A stretch of DNA of 64,000 bases. It comes from Eledone cirrhosa (Eukaryota). Position numbers and translations under genes: made by a program. The stretch spans positions 35,278,001 through 35,342,000 of the forward strand of contig OZ024741.1 of assembly GCA_964016885.1 (NCBI GenBank), read 5' to 3'. The notes beneath the pieces were generated by a model. The model was not told the origin of the DNA, ran no database searches, and saw only the letters and a list, made by a program, of their open reading frames with translations. This document shows, in pieces, positions 1-64,000 of this stretch. Position 1 is the stretch's first letter. Each line of letters starts with the position of its first letter.

Positions 1-36
1 TATATATATCTATGTGTGTATATATGTCTATATTCG

Positions 37-91
<55 letters not shown>

Positions 92-671
92 TATTATTAT
101 AATATAACTTATGTGTATGTGTGTATATGTGAGGGTGTGTGTATGTATATATATGTGTATATATATGTGTAAAAAAATATATATATGTATGTCTGTTTTT
201 TGTGTGTGTGTATATATATGTATGTGTATATATATGTGTATGTGTGTGTTTGTATGTTTTGTATGTGTGTTTATGGTTGTATGTGTGTGTGGGTGTATAT
301 ATATAAATGTATGTGTGTATATATATATATATATATATGTGTGTATATATATCTCTATTAATGCGTGTATATATGTATATGTATATGCCTTTTTCTTTGT
401 ATGTCTGAGTTGTGTGAGGGTGTAGTGGTGTTTGTATGTATATACGCATATATGGATGCGTATGTATTTGTATATATGAGTATATGTAAGTGCATATGTA
501 TGTATGAATATATATCTAATTCTATGTATGAGTATATATGTGTGTGTATGTATGTTGTGTGTGTATGTATGTATGTGTCTATGTGTGTATATATATGTAT
601 ATATGTGTGTGTATGTATGTATGTATGTGTATGTATGTACATATATGTCTATGTATGTGTGTATGTATATG

Positions 672-706
<35 letters not shown>

Positions 707-898
707 TTATTTTATATATATGTGTGTGTGTGTATGTGTGTGTGTGTATATATATATCTTTATATATGTGTATGTGTATGTTCGTGTAGGTGTATGTGTG
801 TGTATGACTATATATGTATGTATGTATGTGTGTATGTATGTATATGTATGTGTGTGTACATGTATGTATGTGTATGTATGTATATGTGTGTATATGTG

Positions 899-933
<35 letters not shown>

Positions 934-1239
934 ATGTATATATATATATATATATGTATATGTATCTCTATTTGTATATGTATATGTATATAGGTATATA
1001 CCTTTTTCTTTGTATGTCTGAGTTGTGTGAGAGTGTAGTTGGTGTTTGTATGTATATACCGATATATGGATGCGTAAGTATTTGTGTGTATGTATGTATG
1101 TATATCTGTATGAATTTGCGTCTATATATAGGTATGTATGTGTATATCTGTATGTATATAAGTATGTATGTGTATGTATATGTGCGTGTATGTGTGTATA
1201 TATATGTGTGTCTATATAGTATGTGTGATTATATGTGTA

Positions 1240-1298
<59 letters not shown>

Positions 1299-1414
1299 GT
1301 ATGTGTATATATGTGTGTATGTGTGTATTTGTATATGTTTATATATGTGTGTGTATGTATGTTCTAAGTGTGGATGTGTGTATATGTATGTATGTGTTTG
1401 TGTATATATATATG

Positions 1415-1480
<66 letters not shown>
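1..1480. repeat. TA/TG-rich low-complexity microsatellite with an internal duplicated block
   Basis: (TA)n and (TATG)n; block cctttttctttgtatgtctgagttgtgtgag recurs at ~388 and ~1001. Confidence 0.9.
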
Positions 1481-2056
1481 CTTGATATATTTCTTTTTTC
1501 TTTTTATTTTCTTAGTTTATAGATACATCTATAATAAGCAGTCTGCCCAAACCGTTGAATACTGACCTCTCCCCATCTCCCACCTAATTTCTGTATCTTG
1601 ATCTAAATGTGTGTGACAGTGTTTATGTGAGTGAATTAATATCCATGTGCTTATGATATTATATCCACATATATATATGTGAGTGGGGGTGTGTGTGTGT
1701 TTGTATGTTCGTAATTATGTGTATGTTTATGCATATACGCGCGCGTGTGTGTGATTGTACGGATATGTGTGAGTATGAGAATATGTGTATACACTTATTT
1801 CATATTTATGTGTCTATACGCATCTTATCTGTGCATTATAAACTTACAGAGACATTAACCTTGAAATTTTGTATTTGCATCCATCCTTTTGGTATGCGTA
1901 TACATGTTGAGCATACATTTTTGTAAAATATGTGTAAGGGTAGTTACATGTATATACACACACCGAACTGCATAAAACCTTTTGTATTTTCATTGGTCAA
2001 TTTTGTTCCCAAACGGACCTGAAATTTTGAATTGTTGTTATTATCAATAAATATAT

Positions 2057-2210
2057 TTCATTATTTCTGAAGACGGCGTATATATGTGTTGGTATGTATA
2101 TTTAATCTTGATAGTTTGTATAATTTTGTATAATTTTGTACATAGATCTGTTGAATATGCATGCCAATTCTAACACATATATATCCTAGAAACGATCGTT
2201 AAATAATGAA
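2057..2210 (+). ncRNA. Type I hammerhead ribozyme motif with very long stem II
   Basis: TTCATTATTT-CTGAAGA-[~115-nt stem-loop]-GAAA-CGATCG-TT-AAATAATGAA; 10-bp stem I, palindromic stem III. Confidence 0.7.
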
Positions 2211-2270
2211 CTTTTTTTGTTTAATATAAGGAACTGTTTCATTGTTTTATTCATTATTTGTTTAATATTT

Positions 2271-2310
<40 letters not shown>

Positions 2311-2330
2311 TACATACATATCTTTTCCAG

Positions 2331-54513
<52,183 letters not shown>

Positions 54514-54858
54514 GTTTGCTTTTTGAATACTTTTTCTTGAATACAAGTCTACTTCTATATTATATATATATATATTTTCCTTATTCGATATTTACTCCGT
54601 CACTCCTATGTGGAATGAGTACGTTGAGTGCTTGATTTGAATTGCATCAATCTTTACCCTAAGTATATAACTTTAATTATATCTCATAAAATAATACAAC
54701 TGGTTTTTCCACATTATACATATTGTTAGCACCCCAAACACTTAAATTGGGTTTATATTTTAATATAACCTAATGTTTGTTGAGTGAGATGGTTACCAGT
54801 CAGAGTTTAGCTTTAAACTATCTCTGTTATTGTATTAAATATATAAATATATATATAT

Positions 54859-54993
54859 ATATTTATTAAAATAACAGATTAAAGTTTAAGCAAAGAATCG
54901 CTGCTTTCACCCTTAACGGAATCAGAAGATCCCGTTAAGGGTGAAAGCAGCGATTCTTTGCTTAAACTTGAATCTGTTATTTTAATAAATATT
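54859..54993. repeat. Palindrome (~60-bp arms) with a degenerate hammerhead-like centre
   Basis: Arms complementary; cagaaga t ccc gttaa ggg t gaaa. Confidence 0.7.
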
Positions 54994-55619
54994 TGCTCTA
55001 CGGTTCTTATATATTTGATATATATTTATCCTTATTGAGCCCTCTTTGGATTTTAGTCTTCAAATTTATTATTATCACTATAAATATATATATATATATA
55101 TATAAATATATATATATATAAATAAATATATATATATATAAATAAATATATATATATATAAATATATGAATATATATATATATAAATAAATATATATATA
55201 TATAAATAAATATATATATATATATAAATATATATATAAATATATAAATAAATATATATATTATATAAATAAATATATATATATATAAATATATATATAT
55301 AAATATATAAATAAATATAAATATATATAAATATATATATATATAAATATATATATATATAAATATATAAATATTGAAGGCGTGTGGCTGAGTGGTTAGA
55401 GAATTGGATTCGCAATCGTAAGGTTGTGAGTTCGATTCCCGGACCAGGCGATGCGTTATGTCCTTGAGCAAGACACTTTATTTCACGTTGCTCCTTCTAC
55501 CTGGAGTTGCGACCGATAGATAGTATTAGCAATTGGAAAGACCAACGGAAACATTGTTCCCTCGGTCCGATTTGACAAAAGTCGATCGTTCCTATATATA
55601 TATATATAAACATATATTA

Positions 55620-55659
<40 letters not shown>

Positions 55660-55824
55660 TCATGATCATCATTTCATTTTACGTCCGCTTTTCCCTGCTT
55701 GCAAGGGTGGGACGGGAACTGATTCTGGCTTGATTTCTACAGCTGGATGCCCTTCCTAACACCAACCTCAAAAAATTCTTATTTACCTACTCCCCACCCC
55801 CCATAAAACTAACCACAATAACAG

Positions 55825-56480
55825 GAAAAGGAAGATTATTTGGTTCACACACCCCTTCTCTCTAACTGTCAAAACTAATGTAGGAAGGAAATTCCTTGAA
55901 CTCTTAGACAAACATTTTCCTCCTAATCATAGATATTATAAGATATTTAATAGGAACGTAGTTAAGATCAGCTACTCTTGTTGCCCATCTATGAAGTCCA
56001 AAATCACCAGTTCAAACCATACGAGAACAAATCCAGGATGCAGTTGCAGGAAGCTGGATGAATGCCCATTGCAGGGTAAATGTAACACCAAATCTGTTGT
56101 TTATGAGGCTAAGATAACACCGGTAATCAACAACCAGCCAGCCAGGAGTGAGCGATATGTCGGTATGACCCAGGACAGGTTTAAAACCAGATTTTACTCA
56201 CATGTCGCTTCTTTTAAGCACTCCGATAAACGAACATCAACGGCCCTCGCAAGTGAGGTATGGGAATTCAAGGATAGTAACATCCCGTACTCTATCGATT
56301 GGTCTATATTAGACCATTCGAGGGAGTACCAAAGGGGCACAAAGAATTGTTCTTTGTGTACCACAGAAAAATATAGGATTTTGCTAAACTTGAGAGCCAC
56401 TTCCGCTTGCCTTAACTCAAAGACTGAGATCTTCAGATGCTGTCCTCATCTGAAATTGCATCTGATCTGTAACTGGATTG
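55825..56480 (+). mobile_element. Penelope-like element remnant: RT thumb plus C-terminal GIY-YIG endonuclease
   Basis: RKIIWF..PFS..VKTNVGRKFLELLDKHFP..H..KIFNRN.VKISYSC; CSC...CPL.GKC; VVY...YVGMT; CSLC..EK; LNSKTE...CPH. Confidence 0.88.
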
Positions 56481-56769
56481 ACACTCCTATGATAAATCGA
56501 CCGCCTTTAACTCCTTCTCTGCGCTTTACTTCTGCTACGGTTTTTTTTATTTTGCCGTATCTACGTTCTGTACTCTTGTATATATATTTTTTTCTCCCTT
56601 ATCTCCCCTTATATTTCACCTTTTCCTATGTCTCCCCCCCCCCCATATATTATTTTTGCCTTGCCCTTCACATACCTATGTGTATGTGTATGTATATTTA
56701 TGTGTATATATATATATATGTTTGTGTGTGTATATGTATGTATATGTAGATAGACCAGGTTTTTTTTCT

Positions 56770-56830
56770 TTTCATTCTGAAGATCGAAGGAAACATTTTT
56801 TTGCTTTTAAGAAACCACTGGTGAATGGAA
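56770..56830 (+). ncRNA. Hammerhead motif with non-cleavable GUG triplet
   Basis: TTTCATT-CTGAAGA-TCGAAGG..CTTTTAA-GAAA-CCACTGG-TG-AATGGAA. Confidence 0.7.
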
Positions 56831-57559
56831 TAATTGCCTTATGTTGCTTATTACTTTATTACTTTACTACTATATATATGTATATGTAAGGTTCATATGA
56901 ATTATCTAAGACTGAGTTTTACACACATGTATATGTGTATGTATGTATGTATGTATGTATATATATATATATATGTATATGTGTGTGTGTGTTTGTATTT
57001 GGTTGTGCGTGTTTATATGTACGTATTTGTATGTGTATAATTGTATAGCTATGTATGTATATGTGTGTGTGTATGTATACATGTATGTGTGTGTGTGTAT
57101 TTTTATGTTTATATATATATATATATGTGTATATATATACATATACATATGTGTGTGTATAATTGTATACGTGTGTGTGTGCGTGTTTGTGCATGTATTT
57201 GTGTATGTGTATGTATGTGTTTATGTATTTGTATATGTATATTTATGTGTGAGAGTGTGTGTATGTATTTACTATTTCGTACGTATGTATATGTGCATTT
57301 GTGTGTATTACTTACCACGCGTGTCTGTTCAGCTACCCGCCGTTTGTATCGCTGTCAACTCTTTAATAATTTTTATTTTTTTATATATATATATTTTCTT
57401 ATATTTATTTGCGTGTGTGAATATGTAGAGGAGTGCATTTATGTATGTGTATGTATGTACGTGTGTATGTATGTACGTGTGTATATATGTATGATTGTGT
57501 GCATGTATGTATGTATGTATATGTATGTGTGTATGGCTATGTTTGTGTATGTGTATGCT

Positions 57560-57590
<31 letters not shown>

Positions 57591-57720
57591 GCAAAGTTTT
57601 ATTTAAATTGTTGGGTTAACAACGAGTAAATATTTATAACTGATATAAAAGCACTCAACAAGTATTTGGAGTATATTTACGATATTAAATAAATGGAAAC
57701 TATATTTATAAAACCATATT

Positions 57721-57786
57721 TATTTCATTATATATATTTCAGGGATATCATATTAAAAATATGTTATGCCTTCTTCAGACAAAATA
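57721..57786 (-). ncRNA. Hammerhead ribozyme (inverted twin of 57825-57890)
   Basis: Exact reverse complement of the + copy. Confidence 0.75.
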
Positions 57787-57824
57787 CAATATAAACAGTC
57801 TTATAAATAGATAGATTTATATTG

Positions 57825-57890
57825 TATTTTGTCTGAAGAAGGCATAACATATTTTTAATATGATATCCCTGAAATATATATAATGAAATA
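57825..57890 (+). ncRNA. Type I hammerhead ribozyme, intact core
   Basis: TATTTTGT-CTGAAGA-AGG c ATAACATATT ttt AATATGATAT c CCT-GAAA-TATATA-TA-ATGAAATA. Confidence 0.8.
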
Positions 57891-58101
57891 AATATGGTTT
57901 TATAAATATAGTTTCCATTTATTTAATATCATATATATATATATATATATATGTATATGTGTGTATGTATATATATATATTTATGTTTCTATATGTATGT
58001 ATGTGTGTATATATGTGTGTGTGGTTGTATATGTGTATGTATGGATGTGTTGATATTTATGTGAGTATGTATATATGTGTGTGTGTATGTATGAGTGTAC
58101 G

Positions 58102-58258
<157 letters not shown>

Positions 58259-58372
58259 TTGCATGTGTAGTTTTATTTTATTTTTCCTTTCCTTCTTCTT
58301 TCTCCAACCTCACTTTCATATAGATTGCATTTTTGTTTTTAAAATCGAAATTCAATAAACAGACCAGGATTT

Positions 58373-58432
58373 TTTCATTCTGAGGATTGAAAGGAAAATC
58401 TTTTGCTTTTAAGAAACCACTGGTAAATGGAA
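58373..58432 (+). ncRNA. Type I hammerhead ribozyme, intact core (GUA)
   Basis: TTTCATT-CTGAGGA-TTGAAAG..CTTTTAA-GAAA-CCACTGG-TA-AATGGAA. Confidence 0.78.
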
Positions 58433-58457
58433 TAATTGCCTTACGTTGTTTATTACA

Positions 58458-58674
<217 letters not shown>

Positions 58675-58850
58675 AGGTTATATTTAATTTGTTGGGATAC
58701 AACAAGCAAAATATTTTTATAACTGATATAAAGCACTCAACAAATTAATTGGAGTAAATGAAAGCGCACTATAATCTGCCTTGGTGGCCCTTGAAATATG
58801 TATAATGAAATAAATATGGTTTTATAAATATAGTTTCCATTTGTTAATAT

Positions 58851-58894
<44 letters not shown>

Positions 58895-59122
58895 CATCTG
58901 ACATATATATATGTATATATATATATACAATCATTTCACATATATATACTGCAACGTGGTCGTGGAGGTGCCACGGCAAAAAAGCACCCACCACTCACTG
59001 TAAATGAGGTTGGTGTTAGGAAGGGCATCCAGCTGTAGAAATCAAGCCAGAATCAGTTTCCGTCCCACCCTTGCAAGCGGGGAAAAGCGGACGTAAAATG
59101 ATGATGATGATGATGATGATGA

Positions 59123-59612
59123 TACATACTACTGTAAGTCTGTATACATATATGTATGTACGTATACATACTTATTTTTAAGTATCAGCCGTACTAAGAG
59201 TGAGAAATTTAATTTCATTTCATTCTTTTCCATTTATCGTTTTCAGTACGCCCGGCCGACTAACTCACTCGATATGCAAATTAGGCTGCTCAGCCGTTAA
59301 TATGCATAAGAAAAGTATATACTTTCAAAGGTTGAATCATCTGACAGGAATGTATACAATGCTGACGATAGCTAATAAGCTTGAAACTAGTTCATCGTTC
59401 CTTTGTCAGTGTTGAACAAAAGAGCGACGATGGTTGCCGAACACTGTACGGCTTAATTCGGGGATGTTTGTTTACAAACAAACCGAACATTATAATAAAT
59501 GTTCGGTAAACCCATACGTATATATATATATATATGTGTACATGTATGTATATATATACATACTACTGTACATCTGTATACATATATGTATGTACGTATA
59601 CATACTTATATT
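59123..59612 (+). mobile_element. Second copy of the hammerhead retrozyme-like repeat (~434-bp period; hammerhead 59356-59398, octamer 59274)
   Basis: ACAATG-CTGACGA-t AGCT aata AGCT t-GAAA-CTAG-TT-CATCGT; 59123-59175 recurs at 59557-59610. Confidence 0.75.
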
Positions 59613-59634
59613 TATATATATAGAAATATATATA

Positions 59635-60104
59635 TGTGGTAAATGATGGTATCCTAGTTGGATTGTTTATCAATATAGACGTGAGGGAAAGTTCCTCGTC
59701 TATTTACCATTTTTGTAAGTGAAAGGATAGGTACTCCATAGAATTATAACAAGTAAATGGGTGTGTGCGTAGACAAGACAATAACCACAACGAGAGTTAT
59801 ATTCAACAATGTAAATAATGGTGATGTTTATTTTGTCTATCATGTGTTTATTATATTACAAATGAAACATACCAAATATAGACGTGGTCAGTTGTAGTGA
59901 AAGCAACGTATTACAATTACAAAGGCCATGTGCTATTTGCTGTTCCCGTGGCTGTCTATTGTTTCGTGGTACAGAGGCCGTCTGCTGTTTGCTGTCTGCT
60001 TTTCCATGGCTGTCTGCTGCTTACTTAAAAGGGTGTTCTCAACCGGGGGGAGACAACTAGGCCTGGTCCATTATCCACCAGAGGGCGTAAGGCGTCTTAT
60101 TACA
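59635..60104 (-). repeat. Putative 3' LTR of the Gypsy element
   Basis: Minus strand PPT-like ggcaggagg then TGTAATAA...TTTACCACA; internal AATAAA; partner LTR not in window. Confidence 0.7.
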
Positions 60105-60334
60105 GTACCTCCTGCCAAATTTTCAAATCATCGAAAATCGATATTATTACTCACACGTGGAGTAAGATGGCGAACAATGCAACAAGGGGGAGCTATTCGC
60201 TCTACCAATCGTTGAATCCAGAATAAGGATTTGAAAAATGTTAAAAAAAGCATGCATGCATAAAAAACAGGCAAAAAAAAAAAAAAAAAAAAAGCAGAAA
60301 CACAGAGGCAAAAAAAAGGTGCAGCTAACATAGT

Positions 60335-63300
60335 CTAAATATAGACGGTGCTGCAAAATATTTTGGGCCAGTGGACCCTACGACCTGAACGGGTCGTGGT
60401 CTTGTAACGTGGCGATGGTGGTGGTGTAGGGACAGGTGATGATGGTGGTTCAGGAACAGGCGTTCGCTCAACAGGCACATACGAAGGGGTTCGTGGATCA
60501 GGAACCACAGCGTCCGTGTCCAGATGTGCCTGCTTAAGCCTGTCTATTGTAACTGTCTCCCTGAACCCTTTAATATCCAAAGTGAAATGCTTAGCCGAGC
60601 GCGCTAAGACACGGTAAGGTCCAGTGTAAGGCTGTGTGAGCGGGGGCTTCACAGAATCTTTCCTTACAAAGACATGTGTCCACGAGGCAACATCCCTCGG
60701 GACAGCAGTCTTGACAGTTTGTTTCCTAGTGTCCATTGGTGGCAAATCCTGGAAATAGGAGCGCAAACGGGACACGTAGGAAGCGTGATCTTGGGCATCA
60801 AGATCGATAGGGGCAAGCATTTGCTCGGGCAACGTCAGAGGGGCACCATACAGTACTTCGGCCGGTGAAAATCCAAAGTCGACTTTCACCGTTGACCGAA
60901 TCCCCAATAGTACAATAGGGAGGTACTCGCTCCAACGCGCCGAGTCCATTGAGGCCATTAAGGAGGCCTTCAGTTGTCGGTGAAAACGCTCCACCATACC
61001 ATTCGAAGTGGGATGGTACGCCGTAGTTCTGATGCGTTTAGCACCAATCAATTTTGACAGTTCGAGGAAAAGGCTCGACTCGAACTGTCGTCCACGGTCG
61101 GTAGTTACTGTGGATGGAACTCCATAACGAGAGATCCATCCAGACACAAGAGCACGCGCTGTTGTCTCAGCGGTGATGTTTTTCAAGGGGATGGCTTCAG
61201 GCCATCTCGAAAAACGGTCAATTATGGTCAGCAGATAAGAATAACCGTCGCTAACAGGCCAAGGTCCCACTATATCAATGTGAATGTGCGAAAAACGCGC
61301 ATCTGGGTTAGTAAAGGTACCCAGGGGAGCCTTGACGTGTCGATGGACCTTTGATTTCTGGCAAGCGACGCAGGAACGGCACCAAGCAGCAATTTCACGC
61401 CTCATATCTGGCCAGAAAAATCTAGCTGATATGAGTTTAACCGTGGCAGAAGATCCTGGATGCGAGAAACTATGTAATGCCAGAAACACGGTCCGACGAT
61501 GATTCTCTGGAACGAAGGGCCTAGGCACGTCCAAAGAGACGTTGCAGAGAATTTGGCCAACTGCAGTCGACAGAGGCAAGTATTTCATCTTGCAATTCGC
61601 AAACTCAGGCGATGTAACATCCAATGACTCAAGGGGAGGCTGATCCGCAGCCAAACGAGTCAGATCTATGTCAGAGGGTGACGAGATCGCTGTCACGGGT
61701 AAGCGGGACAAAGCATCGGCCGCTGTATTCAGTGAACCCGGAATGTGTTGGATATCATTCGTATATTGCGAGATGAAATCAAGGTGTCTCGTCTCTCTGG
61801 GCGAGTATTTATCAGCCTTCGCTCTCAACGCAAAAGTCAATGGTTTATGGTCAGTGAGGATAGTAAATAGTCTACCCTCTAGCATATGTGAAAAATGTTT
61901 CACGGCTAAATAGATGGCCAAAAGCTCCCTTCCAAAGGTGCTGTAGCGCGTCTCAGCAGATTTCATTTTTCTGGAAAAAAACTCCAGCGGTTGCTGGTAA
62001 CCATTGATGTTTTGCTGTAGCACTGCGCCCAGAGCGATATCCGATGCATCAACATAAAGCGTTAGCTTTGCACCGGGTACCGGGTGAGCCAGTAAAGAAG
62101 CATTATCCAAAGCAGTTTTGGCGTGCTGAAAATCAGCAAGTTGAGTCTCGGTTAAAGAAATGTCTGCATTTTTCTTCTAACAATTTTTTTAAATTTCTGT
62201 CAGGGAGAAAAGCAATCTTGCACAGTTTGGCACGAAACGCCTATAAAAGTTAATCAGGCCTAAGAACTGGCGTAACTGACGTAGCGAGGTCGGTGGAGGC
62301 AAATCCTCTATGACCTTAACTCGCTCAGGCCGGGGTCGAATACCGTCAGCATCGATGACGTGACCCAAGAAAGTCAGTGACTCAGCACCAAAAACACATT
62401 TGGGTGCATTAATCTGCATGTTATACGCCTTCAATCGGCGGAAAAGAAGATTCAAATGGTGCGTATGTTGTTCTTGAGAAGAACTAGCAATGAGCAGGTC
62501 GTCAATATACGTATAGACGAAATCGAGGTCACGAGTAACCTCATCCATAAACCGCTGAAACATACTAGCGGCATTCCTTAATCCGAACGGCATGGTCTAA
62601 AACTCAAATGACCCGAGTGGCGTAACTATAGCCGTTTTTGGAATGTCATTTTTATGGACAGGAATTTGATGGTACGCACGAATTAAGTCCAGTTTGGAGA
62701 ATATCTTGCATCCCTGCAACGAAGACGCAAAGTCTTGCAGATGAGGGATAGGATAACGGTCCGGTTCCGTTATTGAATTTAAGCGTCGATAATCTCCAGT
62801 AGGTCTCCAATCGCCAGTCGCTTTCGGTACCATGTGTAATGGAGACGCCCACGGGCTCGTGGACGGACGAATAATCCCCAACTGCAGCATATGATCAAAC
62901 TCTGATCGTGCTGCTTTGAGTTTGTCCGGAGGAAAGCGACGAGGACGAGAAAAAACGGGAGCACCAGTTGTAGATATGAAGTGCTCCGTGGTATGAGTTG
63001 GCTCATCAACTCGAAAATTTCCCTGAGTCAGTTGCGGGAACGAGTTCAACAACGCATGGTAAGTATCGCCGGTGTTAGCAAGAAAAAAGGTCGGGCTAAC
63101 CGTTGGAACTCCTGCTGCCTTGCCAACAACAGTTAAACCAGTGATGCCATCAATTAGGCGTTTACGACGGAGGTCCACCGTCAATGAAAAATGGTGGAGA
63201 AAATCCGCGCCTAGAATCGGATACGGCAAGGCAGCGACAGTAAAAATCCATTTAAACTCGCTCCGCAGATTACGGAACTGCAAAGGTAGCGAGATTTGTC

Positions 63301-63517
63301 CGAAGGTTCGAATCGGCGAACAATTTACTGCCTGCAACTCAATAGGTGACTCAGGGGGAGTCTCCTTCATACAACACACAGGCCATATTGAACAAACTGC
63401 ACCTGTGTCAATCAAAAAGGCTCTACCTGATAGCAGGTCCTCAATGAAACAGTGGCGGTTGGATGATGTTTCGCAGAGCGCACTATCCGCCGTTAGTGAC
63501 TCTGGTCGTCGTTTCCC
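60335..63517 (-). pseudogene. pol: Gypsy pol with an in-frame TAG (~62597) and a frameshift (~62190)
   Basis: GSFEF*TMPFGL; RT to RNase H frame break. Confidence 0.92.
63454..63517 (-). promoter_or_regulatory. -1 programmed ribosomal frameshift signal (slippery heptamer plus pseudoknot)
   Basis: G GGA AAC in gag frame; 6-nt spacer; stem CAGAG.CACTA/TAGTG..CTCTG; loop GGCGG pairs with downstream CCGCC. Confidence 0.8.
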
Positions 63518-64000
63518 TTGTAAGCACAAGGAGGCCTACAACGGGCGGCTTTGTCACCATATTTGTCATGGTAATAACAATATGTTGGATTTGATGTTTT
63601 GGAAAGGCTACGATGGCGAGGAGTTGAATAAGATCGTGAGCGGCTCCTCTGCCGTCCAAAAGACCTGAATTCCTGGCACAACTCCGCCATTTGACGAGTC
63701 ATGGCTTCCATTGTTTTGACTAACTTCTCATCACTCGCTGATGAGCGTGATTGAGGAAGAGAAGAGGAAGCAACGTACTTTTGCTTCGAAGTGTCTCTCT
63801 TCGTCACTTCTACTATTTTGTCAGCAGAGACAGCTATGTGGTCGAGTGTGTTTACTTCTAGCATATGGGCTAGGATCGCCTGTACCTCTTGAGGTAGGCG
63901 AGAGAAGAACAATTGCTTCAGGAAAGGGCTATCCTGATCCTGGGAATCACTCAATTCCCGCAAATGCCGGAGAAAAGCGGTAGGGGTTCTGTCACCTAGT
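63493..64000 (-). CDS. gag: Gypsy gag C-terminal part
   Basis: LFFSRLP..VQAIL...ADKI; [18 protein letters not shown] knuckle. Confidence 0.88.
   Translation of the reverse strand, partial: LGDRTPTAFLRHLRELSDSQDQDSPFLKQLFFSRLPQEVQAILAHMLEVNTLDHIAVSADKIVEVTKRDTSKQKYVASSSLPQSRSSASDEKLVKTMEAMTRQMAELCQEFRSFGRQRSRSRSYSTPRHRSLSKTSNPTYCYYHDKYGDKAARCRPPCAYKGNDDQSH

Larger units (their letters stand above)
59635..64000 (-). mobile_element. Ty3/Gypsy LTR retrotransposon (5' part beyond window)
   Basis: gag, protease (FLIDTGA), RT (YIDD), RNase H (VDASD, DHKPL), integrase (HHCC, DDE, GPY) in Gypsy order. Confidence 0.96.

Noticed and set aside
87-1565. Long YI/CV/TH-rich ORFs here and at 4025-7900, 40367-40970, 46632-47090, 55007-55471, 56834-59038
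   Set aside because: Stop-free translations of dinucleotide microsatellites.
2105-2150. SECIS element inside the long hammerhead stem II (TGA..AA..GA)
   Set aside because: Helix 2 is short and bulged, the preceding purine is missing, and no linked in-frame UGA ORF was seen; SECISearch would be needed.
55376-55446. tRNA gene
   Set aside because: The tRNA-like head runs directly into a CORE-like SINE body shared with several other copies.
63072-63668. 198-aa + strand ORF
   Set aside because: Antisense shadow of Gypsy gag-pol.

Overview
Eukaryotic, AT-rich and microsatellite-dense genomic DNA. The SINE families and (TA)n/(CA)n load suggest a coleoid cephalopod such as Octopus (inference). The + strand carries 22 coding exons (2331-54513) of a receptor-type guanylyl cyclase of the natriuretic-peptide-receptor-like family: extracellular domain, TM helix, pseudokinase, signalling helix and cyclase. 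Its first exon(s) lie outside the window. Introns and the 3' flank hold tRNA-derived SINEs, MITEs, LINE fragments, a hAT transposase relic, two Penelope-like (GIY-YIG) remnants and a Gypsy LTR element with a -1 frameshift signal. Two unexpected patterns stand out. (1) About a dozen type I hammerhead-ribozyme motifs from several families, found by eye on both strands. These include a ~440-bp terminally redundant retrozyme-like repeat with an upstream octamer, tandem and inverted pairs, a U3:A8 variant, and one with a very long stem II. (2) Tandem arrays or duplications built from the gene's own splice junctions at four exons, one of which creates a candidate frame-preserving 18-nt microexon. 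All structures were read manually; none has been tested computationally or experimentally.
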